Source: an uncultured Isosphaeraceae bacterium | GTDB taxonomy: Bacteria > Planctomycetota > Phycisphaerae > Phycisphaerales > SM1A02 | Length of the DNA: 64,000 bases | Assembly: GCA_964630505.1 (NCBI GenBank) | Contig: CAZVVI010000004.1 | Span: forward strand, 8,196-72,195 | Direction: 5' to 3' | Made by a program: the position numbers and the translations under genes | Shown here: in pieces, positions 1 to 10,037 of the stretch | Position numbering within the stretch: the stretch's first letter is position 1 | Layout: the number at the start of each line of letters is the position of its first letter | Notes under the pieces: generated by a model | The model's database searches: none | Seen by the model: the letters and a program-made list of their open reading frames with translations, nothing else | What the model was told of the DNA's origin: nothing

Positions 1-582
1 ACCCTGATATGTTAAGAACTGAATCTGTTCTCCAGCGAATGCAGTAAGATCAATTTCATACAGATTGACTGTGCCAGAAGGGGAGGCTTCAACATCGCCC
101 CAAGCGAATGCAGCAGATGATTGTCCGTGATCCCAGCCCAAATATGCATTCACCAATTGTGTTCCGTTCCCCATGTCGTACCAATCTGTGTTGCTTCCAG
201 AATCTCCACTAGCAAACCAATCTGTGCCAATGCTTGTCGTCGTGGATACACCAAGGAAATGATCGACAGCGCCACCATTTGGATTATTGGTCTCTATACC
301 GTCAAACAAGCCAATGAAAGAAAGCCCAGCATCTGTGCTAGCCAAGATAAATGAAAGTTTTCCCATTGTCTCTATGCCGTCTTCATTGAGTGTTGCAGCA
401 AGAATATCGAGATCGCTCATTGCAAACTCATGATTATCTCCACTTAGAGTGCCAGTAAAATCACCTGCGTACATCTCAAAACTGCCATCGCTATTCACAA
501 TGGTGACATACTCAGCCGTGGCAATTGCTGAGTTGGTCAATGTGATGAGAAGGAAAAAGAGAATGGTTGAAAACTTAAGCAT
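1..582 (-). CDS. secreted hypothetical protein, partial (C-terminus runs off the window start)
   Basis: I checked every triplet of this minus-strand frame from nt 1 to the ATG at 580-582 and found no stop. It is absent from the ORF track because it has no in-window stop. The N-terminus MLKFSTILFFLLITLTNSAIATA looks like a Sec signal peptide. No family recognised. Confidence 0.55.
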   Translation of the reverse strand, partial: MLKFSTILFFLLITLTNSAIATAEYVTIVNSDGSFEMYAGDFTGTLSGDNHEFAMSDLDILAATLNEDGIETMGKLSFILASTDAGLSFIGLFDGIETNNPNGGAVDHFLGVSTTTSIGTDWFASGDSGSNTDWYDMGNGTQLVNAYLGWDHGQSSAAFAWGDVEASPSGTVNLYEIDLTAFAGEQIQFLTYQG

Positions 583-692
583 GTATAGTCCATACATCGG
601 CCCAATTCGGGCGTAATCTAACCATTACTTCGATTTGAAAAGAGGGATTGTTCATCGCAACAGGCGATATAAACCCTTCAATTTGCCTATTT

Positions 693-2138
693 TTACAAAA
701 TTGGAGCGATTAAACTGACCCCGTTTTGCCATAAACGCCTCCGAATAGACCATTCCAAGGGTTCTTTTGGTGAAATAGGGGTCGATTGCTCAATATATGT
801 TGTTTGCAGAAATCTCAATTCACTGGAGAAATCATCATCATAGACAATCATACTGACTTCAAAATTCAAATCCAAACTCCGCCGATCTAAATTCGCAGAC
901 CCAATCAGCGAGATTTCACGATCGATTGTCATTGTTTTTGCGTGAAGAAGTCCGCCATTAAACTCATGGATTTGCACACCAGCATTCAAGAGCGAAGCGT
1001 ACCTACTTCGGCTTGCTGCCTGAACTAGTTTGGAATCGTTACGTGCTGGTAACACAAGATGAGTTTCGACACCTCGTTTTGCAGAAATCAGAAGTGCAGA
1101 TTCAGTGGAGTCATCAGGAGAAAAATATGGTGTCGTAATGATGAGTTCTTTTTGTGCTGTGAAGAACGCAGTTTGTAATAGTTGGCTGAGTGCAAGGTTA
1201 TTGCTGTTTGGTCCTGTAGCCATGAGTTGTGTTGCAAAACCTGTGTCATCAACTTCAAGTGGTTCCTTCAGCAAAGAAGATAAATCTTCATCACTATCCA
1301 TATACCAATCTTGAATAAAAATTGCTTGGAGTTCACGAACAATTGGGCCAGTTAAGCGAACTGATGCGTCGACCCATGGAGCAAATTTTGGTTTCGGAGC
1401 AAACGATGGCTCAGCAATATTGTTTGAGCCCATATACCCAATCGAATTGTCAATCACTGCAATTTTACGGTGATTACGTAAATCTATTCTTGTAAAAATC
1501 GCTCGGATGAGATTCGCCGGAAGCGCAACAACAACATGCACACCTGCTTCTTTTACTTTTTTGCACAAATCAGATGAGAGAAAATCTTTAGAGCCCATTG
1601 AATCTAACAGTAATCTACATTCAACACCTCGTTCAGTTGCTTCAATGAGTGCGTCAGAAATTTTTTCACCTGCTTTGTCAACCAACATGATGTATGACAA
1701 TATTTGGCAGTGATGTTGAGCGTTTTGAATGTCATCTGCTAAGGAATCAATCAATTTATCTGAATCACCGAAAAGGGTTGCATGATTTCCTGAGAGTACA
1801 TGTGAGCCACCAATTGTTTCTGCAATATGAGCGATTGAGCTGAATCTAGAATCGACATTTGAACCATATAATTTTGGATCCTTGATATAACTCGTCACAT
1901 TCTGGGGGATTGTTTCTTGAATTTTCTTATGTCGTTTTCTTCTTCTACTTCCAAGTCTTCTTGTCCCAACAAGGAGAAAAATCGCAGTGCCAATAAATGG
2001 AAGTGCGATAATGAGTAACATCCACGCTATCTTTGCTGAATCTGATTTTTTCTTGCTTAAAAGCAAAATGACTATCATCAATAGTTTCAAAAGCAACTCA
2101 GACAAAAACAGAATGGCTGGTGTTGAGAGATGAATCAT
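693..2138 (-). CDS. cls: cardiolipin synthase (PLD superfamily)
   Basis: 481 aa with N-terminal TM helices and two HKD motifs (HRKIAVID...GSNN and HAKTMTID...GSANLDRRS), typical of ClsA-type cardiolipin synthases. Confidence 0.9.
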   Translation of the reverse strand: MIHLSTPAILFLSELLLKLLMIVILLLSKKKSDSAKIAWMLLIIALPFIGTAIFLLVGTRRLGSRRRKRHKKIQETIPQNVTSYIKDPKLYGSNVDSRFSSIAHIAETIGGSHVLSGNHATLFGDSDKLIDSLADDIQNAQHHCQILSYIMLVDKAGEKISDALIEATERGVECRLLLDSMGSKDFLSSDLCKKVKEAGVHVVVALPANLIRAIFTRIDLRNHRKIAVIDNSIGYMGSNNIAEPSFAPKPKFAPWVDASVRLTGPIVRELQAIFIQDWYMDSDEDLSSLLKEPLEVDDTGFATQLMATGPNSNNLALSQLLQTAFFTAQKELIITTPYFSPDDSTESALLISAKRGVETHLVLPARNDSKLVQAASRSRYASLLNAGVQIHEFNGGLLHAKTMTIDREISLIGSANLDRRSLDLNFEVSMIVYDDDFSSELRFLQTTYIEQSTPISPKEPLEWSIRRRLWQNGVSLIAPIL

Positions 2139-2170
2139 GCCATCAAGATAAGGGAAATTGCATTGTTGGG

Positions 2171-3052
2171 CTAGTTGCGAGTGACTCTTGTCGTATGAGT
2201 TAAATCAAATTCTGCTTCAATATTTTGATCTATCCGCTTATATTTTGAATAAATGTAATCTAAGCGTTCAATTTTATGATCTGCAAGTGCCTCAAGCCCT
2301 CGTTCTTCTCCTGGCGCTGAGCCCCAAATGAGGGAACTCGGAGTATCCGTTTCAAACGTCATCGAGCCATTGATTGCCCATCGAGATAGATTGATGACTT
2401 TCACTTGAGATGCCCATGGTTTGTTATATATCAATTGTAAAACACGCAATCCTGAGAGAATATCCTCGCCATCCCATTGCAATCCGGAACGTTGTGGTCG
2501 ATTGAACTGAGGATGTGAAAGTGTGATGAAGTGATATTTCTTGTCCTTTGCAATGACCCCATCTCTTGTTGGTAATCGTCTTCCTATATTGTCAATGTAA
2601 ATCACTCCATAATCGTCTTGAACTTTTGCATGGGGAATCAGGAACGTCGCATCAACAACTGCCTGATGTTCGTTTGTCCATCGAACTTGATTAATTGTTC
2701 TGAACCATCCAGTTGAAGTTAAAGCATCAGCGGTTTGGATTAATCCTTCTCTTCCAACTGTTTTCTGTGCGAGGTGTAGCCGTGCAATGTCTTGAAGTTC
2801 TTGAAGTAATGATCCATCAAGCCATACAGGAGGGTCCTCAAACGTCACTTGTACATCTGCTGGTGATATCTGGGTTGCTCTGAGTTTGGGCACGCTCATT
2901 GCAGCCAACACAATTAACCCGACAATTGCCAGAACCCATGAAACAACGATTGGTGATTTAAAAATTTGACCTATTGCACCACACAATACAGAGAACTTGT
3001 ACGAAAACTGCTTTTTCTTTTTTCGTGCCATAGCGTAGTACACAATCGACAA
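2171..3052 (-). CDS. FtsQ-like single-pass membrane protein (position-based call)
   Basis: 293 aa with a basic N-terminus, one TM helix and a periplasmic domain. It sits directly after murC-murB-ddl, where ftsQ lies in canonical dcw clusters. I did not recognise the sequence motifs themselves. Confidence 0.45.
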   Translation of the reverse strand: MSIVYYAMARKKKKQFSYKFSVLCGAIGQIFKSPIVVSWVLAIVGLIVLAAMSVPKLRATQISPADVQVTFEDPPVWLDGSLLQELQDIARLHLAQKTVGREGLIQTADALTSTGWFRTINQVRWTNEHQAVVDATFLIPHAKVQDDYGVIYIDNIGRRLPTRDGVIAKDKKYHFITLSHPQFNRPQRSGLQWDGEDILSGLRVLQLIYNKPWASQVKVINLSRWAINGSMTFETDTPSSLIWGSAPGEERGLEALADHKIERLDYIYSKYKRIDQNIEAEFDLTHTTRVTRN

Positions 3053-3090
3053 GACAGTGGATGTAACTTGATTTACCGTAGTGTGTTTCC

Positions 3091-3126
3091 CGTGTTTACT
3101 GTGTTTACTGTCTTTACCGTGTATAC
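3091..3126. repeat. 4 tandem copies of a 9-bp unit in the ddl / FtsQ-like spacer
   Basis: cgtgtttac tgtgtttac tgtctttac cgtgtatac, read directly. It lies in the 78-nt gap between the ddl stop (3131) and the FtsQ-like start (3052). Confidence 0.7.
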
Positions 3127-3130
3127 CGAC

Positions 3131-4021
3131 CTATCGACGTAATGCGAATTCAACGAGTGAACTGCAGAGTTCTGGCATTTCCATCCCAGCATGCTTTGCT
3201 GCTAATGGAACAAGGGAGTGGTCCGTAAAGCCCGGCATCGTGTTGAGTTCAAGAAACCAAACTCCTAAATCGTCTAAAAGGAAGTCGACTCTTGCAATAT
3301 CTCTAATCCCCATGGCTTCATATATTGCTAATGCAGATTCAGTACAAGTGTTACTAGGAAGAGATGGTTCGACAATGTATTGCGTTTCATGGCATTTGTA
3401 CTTCGCTTCAAAATCATATGTATGTTGATTGTTCGCCACAATGATTTCAACAATTGGTAACACCTTCCCGCCAATGATTCCAACAGTTAACTCTCTACCT
3501 TTAACATAAGATTCTGCGAGAATTTGTTGACGTTCGTTTAACAGTGACTCTTGATGGGTAAATACTTCTTGCTCTGAATGACAAATGTGCACCCCATAAC
3601 TTGAACCGTCATTGATAGGCTTCAGAACGAGAGGGGGATCGATGCTGCAATTTGAGTGTTCAGAAACAACACACCACTGAGGTGTTTGAATTTCAAGATT
3701 TTGAGCAACTTGCTTTGATGCGACCTTGTCCATGGCCAACGAAGCCGCAAAACTTGTAGAACCAACGAATGGTATATCAGCGCTTTCTAACAAATCCTGT
3801 AGTGGGCCACCCTCACCAAAAGGACCATGCAATACAGGGAAAACAACATCTGCTTCAAGACGCTCAATATCTTCAAATGAGGGAGTGTCGATTAACTGTT
3901 GATGAACAAAATATTTGCCCGTTTGCTCAAGTGCTGTTGCCACGGCAGTCCCTGATTGGATAGACACTTCTCGTTCTGCATCTGGACCACCCATTAAAAC
4001 AACAACTGTTGAAACCGTCAT
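3131..4021 (-). CDS. ddl: D-alanine--D-alanine ligase
   Basis: 296 aa with an ATP-grasp fold pattern and motifs EVSIQSG and VFPVLHGPFGEGG. It overlaps the murB stop by 4 nt. Confidence 0.9.
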   Translation of the reverse strand: MTVSTVVVLMGGPDAEREVSIQSGTAVATALEQTGKYFVHQQLIDTPSFEDIERLEADVVFPVLHGPFGEGGPLQDLLESADIPFVGSTSFAASLAMDKVASKQVAQNLEIQTPQWCVVSEHSNCSIDPPLVLKPINDGSSYGVHICHSEQEVFTHQESLLNERQQILAESYVKGRELTVGIIGGKVLPIVEIIVANNQHTYDFEAKYKCHETQYIVEPSLPSNTCTESALAIYEAMGIRDIARVDFLLDDLGVWFLELNTMPGFTDHSLVPLAAKHAGMEMPELCSSLVEFALRR

Positions 4022-4965
4022 CTGTCCACCTCTGCGTCTCTTGACCAGACGACAATCTCTTTTTGTAAATCAATTCCACTGTAATCAAAGACTCGTTGCT
4101 GAATGGACTCCATCAGTAGAAGAACATCCTTTGCAGTTGAATCTATTGTTGTTGTAATAAAATTCGCGTGCTGGTGGCTGACGCTCGCACCACCAATCGT
4201 AAAGCCTTTAAGCCCTGCTTCATCAATCAACTTTCCTGCTGAAACTCGTTTTGAATCCCTCCCAATCGGGTTCTTAAATGCACAACCAGCAGTAGTATTT
4301 GCTAACGGCTGTCTGGATTTTTTCCAAGAAAATATTTCTTTGACAGACTTGCGAAGTTCTACTGGATCGCATGGCGTTAAATCGAATGTGGCAGAGATGA
4401 TAATTGGATCTGGAATATTATTCTCGCGGTATCCAAACTCAAGATCACTCGCTCTATACGTAACAAGTTCGCCTGATTTGGTGAGGCAACTGACTGTTGA
4501 TAGCGAATCAGATATCGAACCATATTTGCCTCCAGCATTCATGCGTATTGCTCCACCAATGGACGCTGGAATTCCTGCCATGCTTTGTATTCCAGATAGT
4601 CCTTGACGGACCGTCCCCATCATTGTTTTGCTGAGATCAGCGCCGCTCATGACGTGCATGGCATCGACAGAACCTTCCTTGTTGTAACTGTATGTTTTGA
4701 AACAAGCATCACTCAATTTGACAACGACCCCACCAACACCAATGTCATCGACAAGAAGGTTCGCGCCCTTGCCCAATACTCTGAAAGGTATGTTTGAGTT
4801 GTAACACCTTCTTAACAATACTGATAGAGAATCGATTGAATGTGGTGTGACCAGCACATCTGCTTGTCCACCAATTTTGAAATAAGTCATGGCACCTAAT
4901 TCAACATCAAAATCAATATCTGCATCAATGTCCCCAAAAAAATCAGATTGGTACCGAACACTCAT
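4018..4965 (-). CDS. murB: UDP-N-acetylenolpyruvoylglucosamine reductase
   Basis: 315 aa with an FAD-binding PCMH-type N-terminus (GGQADVLV, LGKGANLL) and a C-terminal MurB motif (GGASVSHQHANFI). It overlaps murC by 4 nt. Confidence 0.9.
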   Translation of the reverse strand: MSVRYQSDFFGDIDADIDFDVELGAMTYFKIGGQADVLVTPHSIDSLSVLLRRCYNSNIPFRVLGKGANLLVDDIGVGGVVVKLSDACFKTYSYNKEGSVDAMHVMSGADLSKTMMGTVRQGLSGIQSMAGIPASIGGAIRMNAGGKYGSISDSLSTVSCLTKSGELVTYRASDLEFGYRENNIPDPIIISATFDLTPCDPVELRKSVKEIFSWKKSRQPLANTTAGCAFKNPIGRDSKRVSAGKLIDEAGLKGFTIGGASVSHQHANFITTTIDSTAKDVLLLMESIQQRVFDYSGIDLQKEIVVWSRDAEVDR

Positions 4966-6434
4966 TGTTCGTATGATATTTCAGCACGCTCAATGAGTGC
5001 ATGTGCGATCGATGTGACCGGTCCAGCACCCATGATGACAATGACATCTCCGTCTCGAGCAGTTTGGCGAAGATATTGCAAAATATCTTCAAACTCATTG
5101 ATATGCTTTGCAGATGAACCTTTTTCAATGAGTTTGTCAACCAAATCCTGAGCAGAGACCCTGTGTTGTTCTTGTTGGGAATCTCGAACAAAATAGATGT
5201 GTGGAACAATGACTTCATCTGCGCTTGAGAAACTCTGTGCGAATTGGTTTAGTAAAAAACGTGTGCGGCTGTGTTGATGTGGTTGGAACACACAAATTAA
5301 CCTCTTCGGTAATTCTGCAGATCGTAATGCTCGAAGAGTCATTTCAATTTCAGTAGGGTGATGACCATAATCGTCATAGACAATGGCACTTCCACCATTT
5401 TTGCATTTGATTTCGCCAAGTTTTTGAAGACGCCGATCAATCCCTCCAAATTTTTCGAGTGGAGTGACAATTGCTTCCCAATCAACACCTAGATTTGCAG
5501 CGAGGATTGCAGCAGCCGCGGCGTTCAAGGCGTTGTGTGAACCTGGCATTGGATTCGTCCATTGAATCGTCCACATCCCATCTCTGAGAACTCCTACACG
5601 CTGCACACTTGGATCAAAGATCACTTGATAATCTGCTTCGGGGTGAAAGCCGAAAGTTTCGACTCTACATTCTAAGCCTGGGGTGACGTTACTTCGATGT
5701 GCGCCATCGTGAGCAATCAATAGGAATCCCCCATCTTCTTCTGATGGTATTCGATCAGCAAAAACTTTAAACGATTCGATAATTGCATCGAGGGAAGGAT
5801 AATAGTCAAGGTGGTCTTCTTCGATATTATTAACAAGCCCAAAAACAGGCGAGTGGTCATGGAAAGAGCGATTAAACTCGCAAGCCTCACTTACTAGTAT
5901 TCCAGCTTTGCCTTCAAGTGTGCCCTGAGCAATCAATTTTGAACCTACTCTGCATGAGCCACCAATTTGTTTGCAGTTTGCACCAACAATGAAACTGGGG
6001 TCGAATTCTGTATCGAGCAGTATCGCACTTAACATCGAAACAGTAGTTGATTTTCCATGAGTCCCTGCAACGCAAACACCTGTATAGTGGGTCTGGACAA
6101 AACCAAGCATTTGAGCATAGGTAAGGATGGGAATTCCAAGTTCATCCCCTCGATGAATTTCAGGGTGGTCTGGAGGGATTGCTGCTGAATAGACAACGAG
6201 GTCGATTTGGGGTGTGATGAGCGACCCATCTTGAAGATAGGAAACAGGGATTTCACTATCGATGAGCGATTGAGTCACTGACGATTCAACTGCGTCAGTG
6301 CCTTGAACAAACCCACCCAAGTTTGAGAGTAGCCTAGCAAGGCCACTCATCCCACAACCCCCAATGCCGACAAAATGAAATCGAGTCTTTTGTAGAGATT
6401 TAGTTGAAAGGAACGAGGGAATCGTGGAAGACAT
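4962..6434 (-). CDS. murC: UDP-N-acetylmuramate--L-alanine ligase
   Basis: 490 aa with the N-terminal HFVGIGGCGMSGLA motif, the Mur ligase P-loop GTHGKSTT and a Mur ligase C-terminal domain. Confidence 0.92.
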   Translation of the reverse strand: MSSTIPSFLSTKSLQKTRFHFVGIGGCGMSGLARLLSNLGGFVQGTDAVESSVTQSLIDSEIPVSYLQDGSLITPQIDLVVYSAAIPPDHPEIHRGDELGIPILTYAQMLGFVQTHYTGVCVAGTHGKSTTVSMLSAILLDTEFDPSFIVGANCKQIGGSCRVGSKLIAQGTLEGKAGILVSEACEFNRSFHDHSPVFGLVNNIEEDHLDYYPSLDAIIESFKVFADRIPSEEDGGFLLIAHDGAHRSNVTPGLECRVETFGFHPEADYQVIFDPSVQRVGVLRDGMWTIQWTNPMPGSHNALNAAAAAILAANLGVDWEAIVTPLEKFGGIDRRLQKLGEIKCKNGGSAIVYDDYGHHPTEIEMTLRALRSAELPKRLICVFQPHQHSRTRFLLNQFAQSFSSADEVIVPHIYFVRDSQQEQHRVSAQDLVDKLIEKGSSAKHINEFEDILQYLRQTARDGDVIVIMGAGPVTSIAHALIERAEISYEQ

Positions 6435-6534
6435 GTGTAGATTCTATCGCCGAGATACGTACTTGGTCTTGAACTTGGAGAACTTTTGAAAGTGGTTCAA
6501 AGAACATTGCAAGCACGGTACAATTCACAATACC

Positions 6535-7899
6535 ATGCATGAGTTACATGCTCAAATCTTGATTGTTGATGATGAACCAGATCACGCAGAAGTGATGGCA
6601 GAGTCTTTACGTCGGCTTGGACATGTTTGTACCATCGTTGACGGTTTTGAAAGTGCTCGTGATGAACTAACAATGGGTAGTTTCGACATCGTTGTGACAG
6701 ATATGGTGATGGAAGAGGAACAATCAGGTCTAAAAGTTCTAGAGTTTGCAAAAGAGCATCAAGATGGTGTAGCAACAATTGTCGTGACTGCTCACGGTGA
6801 TATACCCACCGCCAAAACAGCCCTCCAAGGAGGGGCTTACGATTTTATCGAAAAGCCTCTAGACCTTGATGTCTTTAGGAATCTTATTAATCGCGCTGCC
6901 GAGATGGTCATGCTTCGACAGCAGAACGAGAGTTTAAAAGGGCAGGTTGACTCAGCGTTTGGATTTGAGGGAATAATTGGGGATTCTCCAGCAATTAGAA
7001 AAATTATTGAACTCATTAAACAAGTTGGTCCAAGTAACTTGCCTGTGCTCATTACCGGAGAATCAGGAACAGGTAAAGAACTCGTTGCAGCAGCAGTTCA
7101 CAATCAGTCAAAACGATCTTCAAAAAAATACGTTGCCTTCAATTGCGCAGGTCAAAGTGAATCTCTGCTAGAAGATCAACTTTTTGGCCATGTTCGAGGA
7201 GCATTTACTGGCGCAGACCGTGACCGTGAAGGTGTGTTTGAGTATGCAAGTGGTGGCACCCTTTTTCTCGATGAGATTGGTGACATGCCACTGACAATGC
7301 AAGCGAAATTATTGAGAGTTCTCGAATCAGGAGATGTAGTAAGGTTAGGGCAGAATAATAACAGAGCGACTGATGTCCGTTTTGTTTCTGCAACGAATCA
7401 AGACTTAAAATCAAGATGCGAAGAAGGGGAGTTTCGTGAAGATTTATATTTCAGAATAAATGGTGCAGAGATTCACGTACCGCCTCTTAGACAAAGACGT
7501 GAGGATATCCCTCTTCTTGTCAATCATGCACTCGGAAAGTATGCAGCTGAAATGGATAGCTCAATTCCAGTGATGTCTGAACCAGCAATGTTACGATTAG
7601 TTGCTTACGATTGGCCAGGGAACGTAAGAGAATTGATAAACGTCGTTCAAAGGATGGCAGTGATGTCGGTTGACAGTTCAATCGGAATTACTCAAGTGCC
7701 AGATGAAATTCGAAGTTCTACTGTAGATGATTCTTATGAAGTGGGGAGTCTTGCAGGTATAGGTCTTGATAAACTCGAGAAAGAAGCGATACGGCAAACA
7801 CTTGCGATGACTGGTGGAAATCGAGAACAAACCTCAAGTCTATTAGGGATTGGGGAGCGAACTCTGTACCGAAAGTTAAAAGAATACGGGATAAAGTAA
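6535..7899 (+). CDS. sigma-54-dependent response regulator (NtrC family enhancer-binding protein)
   Basis: 454 aa. Receiver domain (ILIVDDEPD, acceptor Asp in DIVVTDMVM), AAA+ core with Walker A GESGTGKE and the sigma-54 contact loop GAFTGA, and a C-terminal Fis-type HTH. Confidence 0.9.
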   Translation: MHELHAQILIVDDEPDHAEVMAESLRRLGHVCTIVDGFESARDELTMGSFDIVVTDMVMEEEQSGLKVLEFAKEHQDGVATIVVTAHGDIPTAKTALQGGAYDFIEKPLDLDVFRNLINRAAEMVMLRQQNESLKGQVDSAFGFEGIIGDSPAIRKIIELIKQVGPSNLPVLITGESGTGKELVAAAVHNQSKRSSKKYVAFNCAGQSESLLEDQLFGHVRGAFTGADRDREGVFEYASGGTLFLDEIGDMPLTMQAKLLRVLESGDVVRLGQNNNRATDVRFVSATNQDLKSRCEEGEFREDLYFRINGAEIHVPPLRQRREDIPLLVNHALGKYAAEMDSSIPVMSEPAMLRLVAYDWPGNVRELINVVQRMAVMSVDSSIGITQVPDEIRSSTVDDSYEVGSLAGIGLDKLEKEAIRQTLAMTGGNREQTSSLLGIGERTLYRKLKEYGIK

Positions 7900-7911
7900 T
7901 TTTTACTGATG

Positions 7912-8403
7912 TTACTGAATTGACCCAGTCGTTGGGTTGATGACTACTTGTATTACTGTTTCACCGCAGTAGATAGTTACTTCTGCATTTTGAGTAAAAT
8001 CAAATAAGCCACCATTTGAGTTAAAGATAATGGCGTTGTTTTCCACATTTCCTTCTATGAAAACATCAGGTGAGGAGAATGCTGAACCCTGACCGAACGT
8101 TGTGGCTATTGGCTCTTGGGAGTAGTTATCCTGAAGAGGAGTTCCAAGGTCATCAGTTGTAGCAATATGCCATCCTTTCCCTTCCTCATCAAGTACAAGG
8201 GCTATCTCATTGTCTGGGTTAGCAATCGCAAGAATTTGTGAATATTCAATGTCGCTAATGAACAATCGTCTAGCAACGTCAATTTGTAGAACATCATTAT
8301 TTCCGAATAATGGGATCGCAAGTGCGCTCACGATTGCCAAGATTGCAATAGACAGCATGAGTTCTATAATTGTAAAGCCGCATTGTCGAGTTTTCTTTTC
8401 CAT
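7912..8403 (-). CDS. prepilin-type minor pseudopilin, GspH/FimT-like
   Basis: 163 aa. Leader ...RQCG|FTIIELMLSIAIL with Glu at +5 after the predicted prepilin peptidase site, then a hydrophobic helix, then DVARRL... as in GspH-family proteins. Confidence 0.7.
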   Translation of the reverse strand: MEKKTRQCGFTIIELMLSIAILAIVSALAIPLFGNNDVLQIDVARRLFISDIEYSQILAIANPDNEIALVLDEEGKGWHIATTDDLGTPLQDNYSQEPIATTFGQGSAFSSPDVFIEGNVENNAIIFNSNGGLFDFTQNAEVTIYCGETVIQVVINPTTGSIQ

Positions 8404-10037
8404 TAGAAATCCATGATTCCTACGTCGTAAGTTCTGTATTCACCATCCCAATGATCACGGTCATCATCATCGTTATCGGTGTCCCAACTGTTTGAGTTAT
8501 GCCCTCTAATTGCTCTTGCAGTTTCTTCCCAGTGCCGAGTATCTACGCCATACACCACAAGCATATACACCACATCGTTTGGTCGTAGTGTTGGTTCATT
8601 CCGCCAGTTGGAAGGAGAGTAATCTCTCATTGAATATTCACCATTGTTAAAAGATGAATCGGACATTGCGTTTACAAGAGAATGAAGTGCGAGTTCGTCA
8701 AGTTGTGTAAGTTGCTTGACTTCGTTCACGAGTGAACCATCTTCTTCGTACAGTAGACTGTCACGGTCAGCGAATCCACCATGATCAAGAGATCGATCAT
8801 ACAACAAGCGGGATGCACCCTGCAAGGAGATATTTTCAGCCGCAATTCGACCACATATTGTTGAAATGCCACTCACATCAACGTCACTTGATGGTGCGTA
8901 GAGTTCTGCTTTGAGTATCGAAGTGCCTGTAATCGTCCATTCATCATCACTCTGACCATACAATTGAATGCGACTGGGATCCATCCATGATTGTGCAGTT
9001 CGTCCTTCATTCCCGATGTAGCTTGAGTAGATTTCAACATCGCCACCTAGATGTAACGTTAGTGATGCATCTTCAGTAAGGACGATCTTGGCATATTCCA
9101 TTTTTAAATCATCTTCTACATTGATCACGACATCACCGTGAATCTCTATACGGGTACCAGCAGCAATACTCAGGTCGTCTACGATGTAAGACCCCTCACC
9201 AATTGTAATAGGATGTGTCTCTCTGAATTGTGAGGTAGAAAAATCAGTCGTAAATTGCGAAACCCAGTCTGATAAAGAATCCTCCTCATGTTCATCACTA
9301 CTGATAAACAATTGATTCGCATGTTTAGGAGGAGGGGGGGAACTTAGAAAAGGAAGATAATCAGTGAATTCATCTGTACTTAGTGAAGATGATGTAATCA
9401 TCGATGATGAATCCTTTGACGTATGCAACGAAAGCGTGCCACTTCTATCGAGACGATCAAACTGCACTGCCATAGGGTTTCTAGCAAGAGTTCCAATTTG
9501 CACAGGTTCAGCAGATGACATCGGAGATGCTGCCCAGTTTTGTACTGAAGAAGCGCCAAGAACAGAAATTCGATCTCCTGCAAATATTGCAAATTCGCTG
9601 TAATCAACATCGAACTCGTCATCATTCGGAAAAATAATTGCGGTTGCTTCTGTGATTTGAGTTCTTCCATCAACAATTGACTCGACGTTGATGGTGACTT
9701 CAAGAGTCGAAGGAGTTGGTGGTAACCCCGTTTCAGAATCAGTGATTGTGATTGAAACAGTACCTGCTCCCACAGGATAATCTTGAAGAATAATCCCATC
9801 GATGTGGTTCGTTCTCCAAGGCGCATCTGTTTCTAAGATGGCGACGGCTATGTCTAGCCCAGATTCTGCAACAGTTCGAGCGGTAGAAGACGAAGTCACA
9901 TTTGAGCTGATTGCAACCGAGTTATCTCGTGAACCAAAATATGCGACCGCCATGCCACCAGTGACAAGAATAGCAATCATGACGAGCATGAGTGCTACAC
10001 CGCGGCGCTGGGTTGAAGATTGAAGTAGTTGGTTCAT
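8403..10037 (-). CDS. large GspK-like minor pseudopilin / tip protein (hypothetical)
   Basis: 544 aa. N-terminus QRRG|VALMLVMIAIL has a pilin-like hydrophobic helix but no Glu at +5, as in GspK. Third position of an I-J-K-H arrangement, start and stop overlapping its neighbours. The rest is unrecognised, with an acidic C-terminus (DTDNDDDDRD). Confidence 0.5.
   Translation of the reverse strand: MNQLLQSSTQRRGVALMLVMIAILVTGGMAVAYFGSRDNSVAISSNVTSSSTARTVAESGLDIAVAILETDAPWRTNHIDGIILQDYPVGAGTVSITITDSETGLPPTPSTLEVTINVESIVDGRTQITEATAIIFPNDDEFDVDYSEFAIFAGDRISVLGASSVQNWAASPMSSAEPVQIGTLARNPMAVQFDRLDRSGTLSLHTSKDSSSMITSSSLSTDEFTDYLPFLSSPPPPKHANQLFISSDEHEEDSLSDWVSQFTTDFSTSQFRETHPITIGEGSYIVDDLSIAAGTRIEIHGDVVINVEDDLKMEYAKIVLTEDASLTLHLGGDVEIYSSYIGNEGRTAQSWMDPSRIQLYGQSDDEWTITGTSILKAELYAPSSDVDVSGISTICGRIAAENISLQGASRLLYDRSLDHGGFADRDSLLYEEDGSLVNEVKQLTQLDELALHSLVNAMSDSSFNNGEYSMRDYSPSNWRNEPTLRPNDVVYMLVVYGVDTRHWEETARAIRGHNSNSWDTDNDDDDRDHWDGEYRTYDVGIMDF

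Noticed and set aside
4103-4606. Long antisense or alternative-frame ORFs from the track inside well-supported genes. Examples: 4103-4606, 17249-17869, 19585-19995, 32487-32960, 33447-33860, 53391-53792, 58962-59474.
   Set aside because: Each lies wholly within a gene with clear family motifs on the other strand or frame, has low-complexity or odd composition and lacks a ribosome site. They are typical shadow ORFs.
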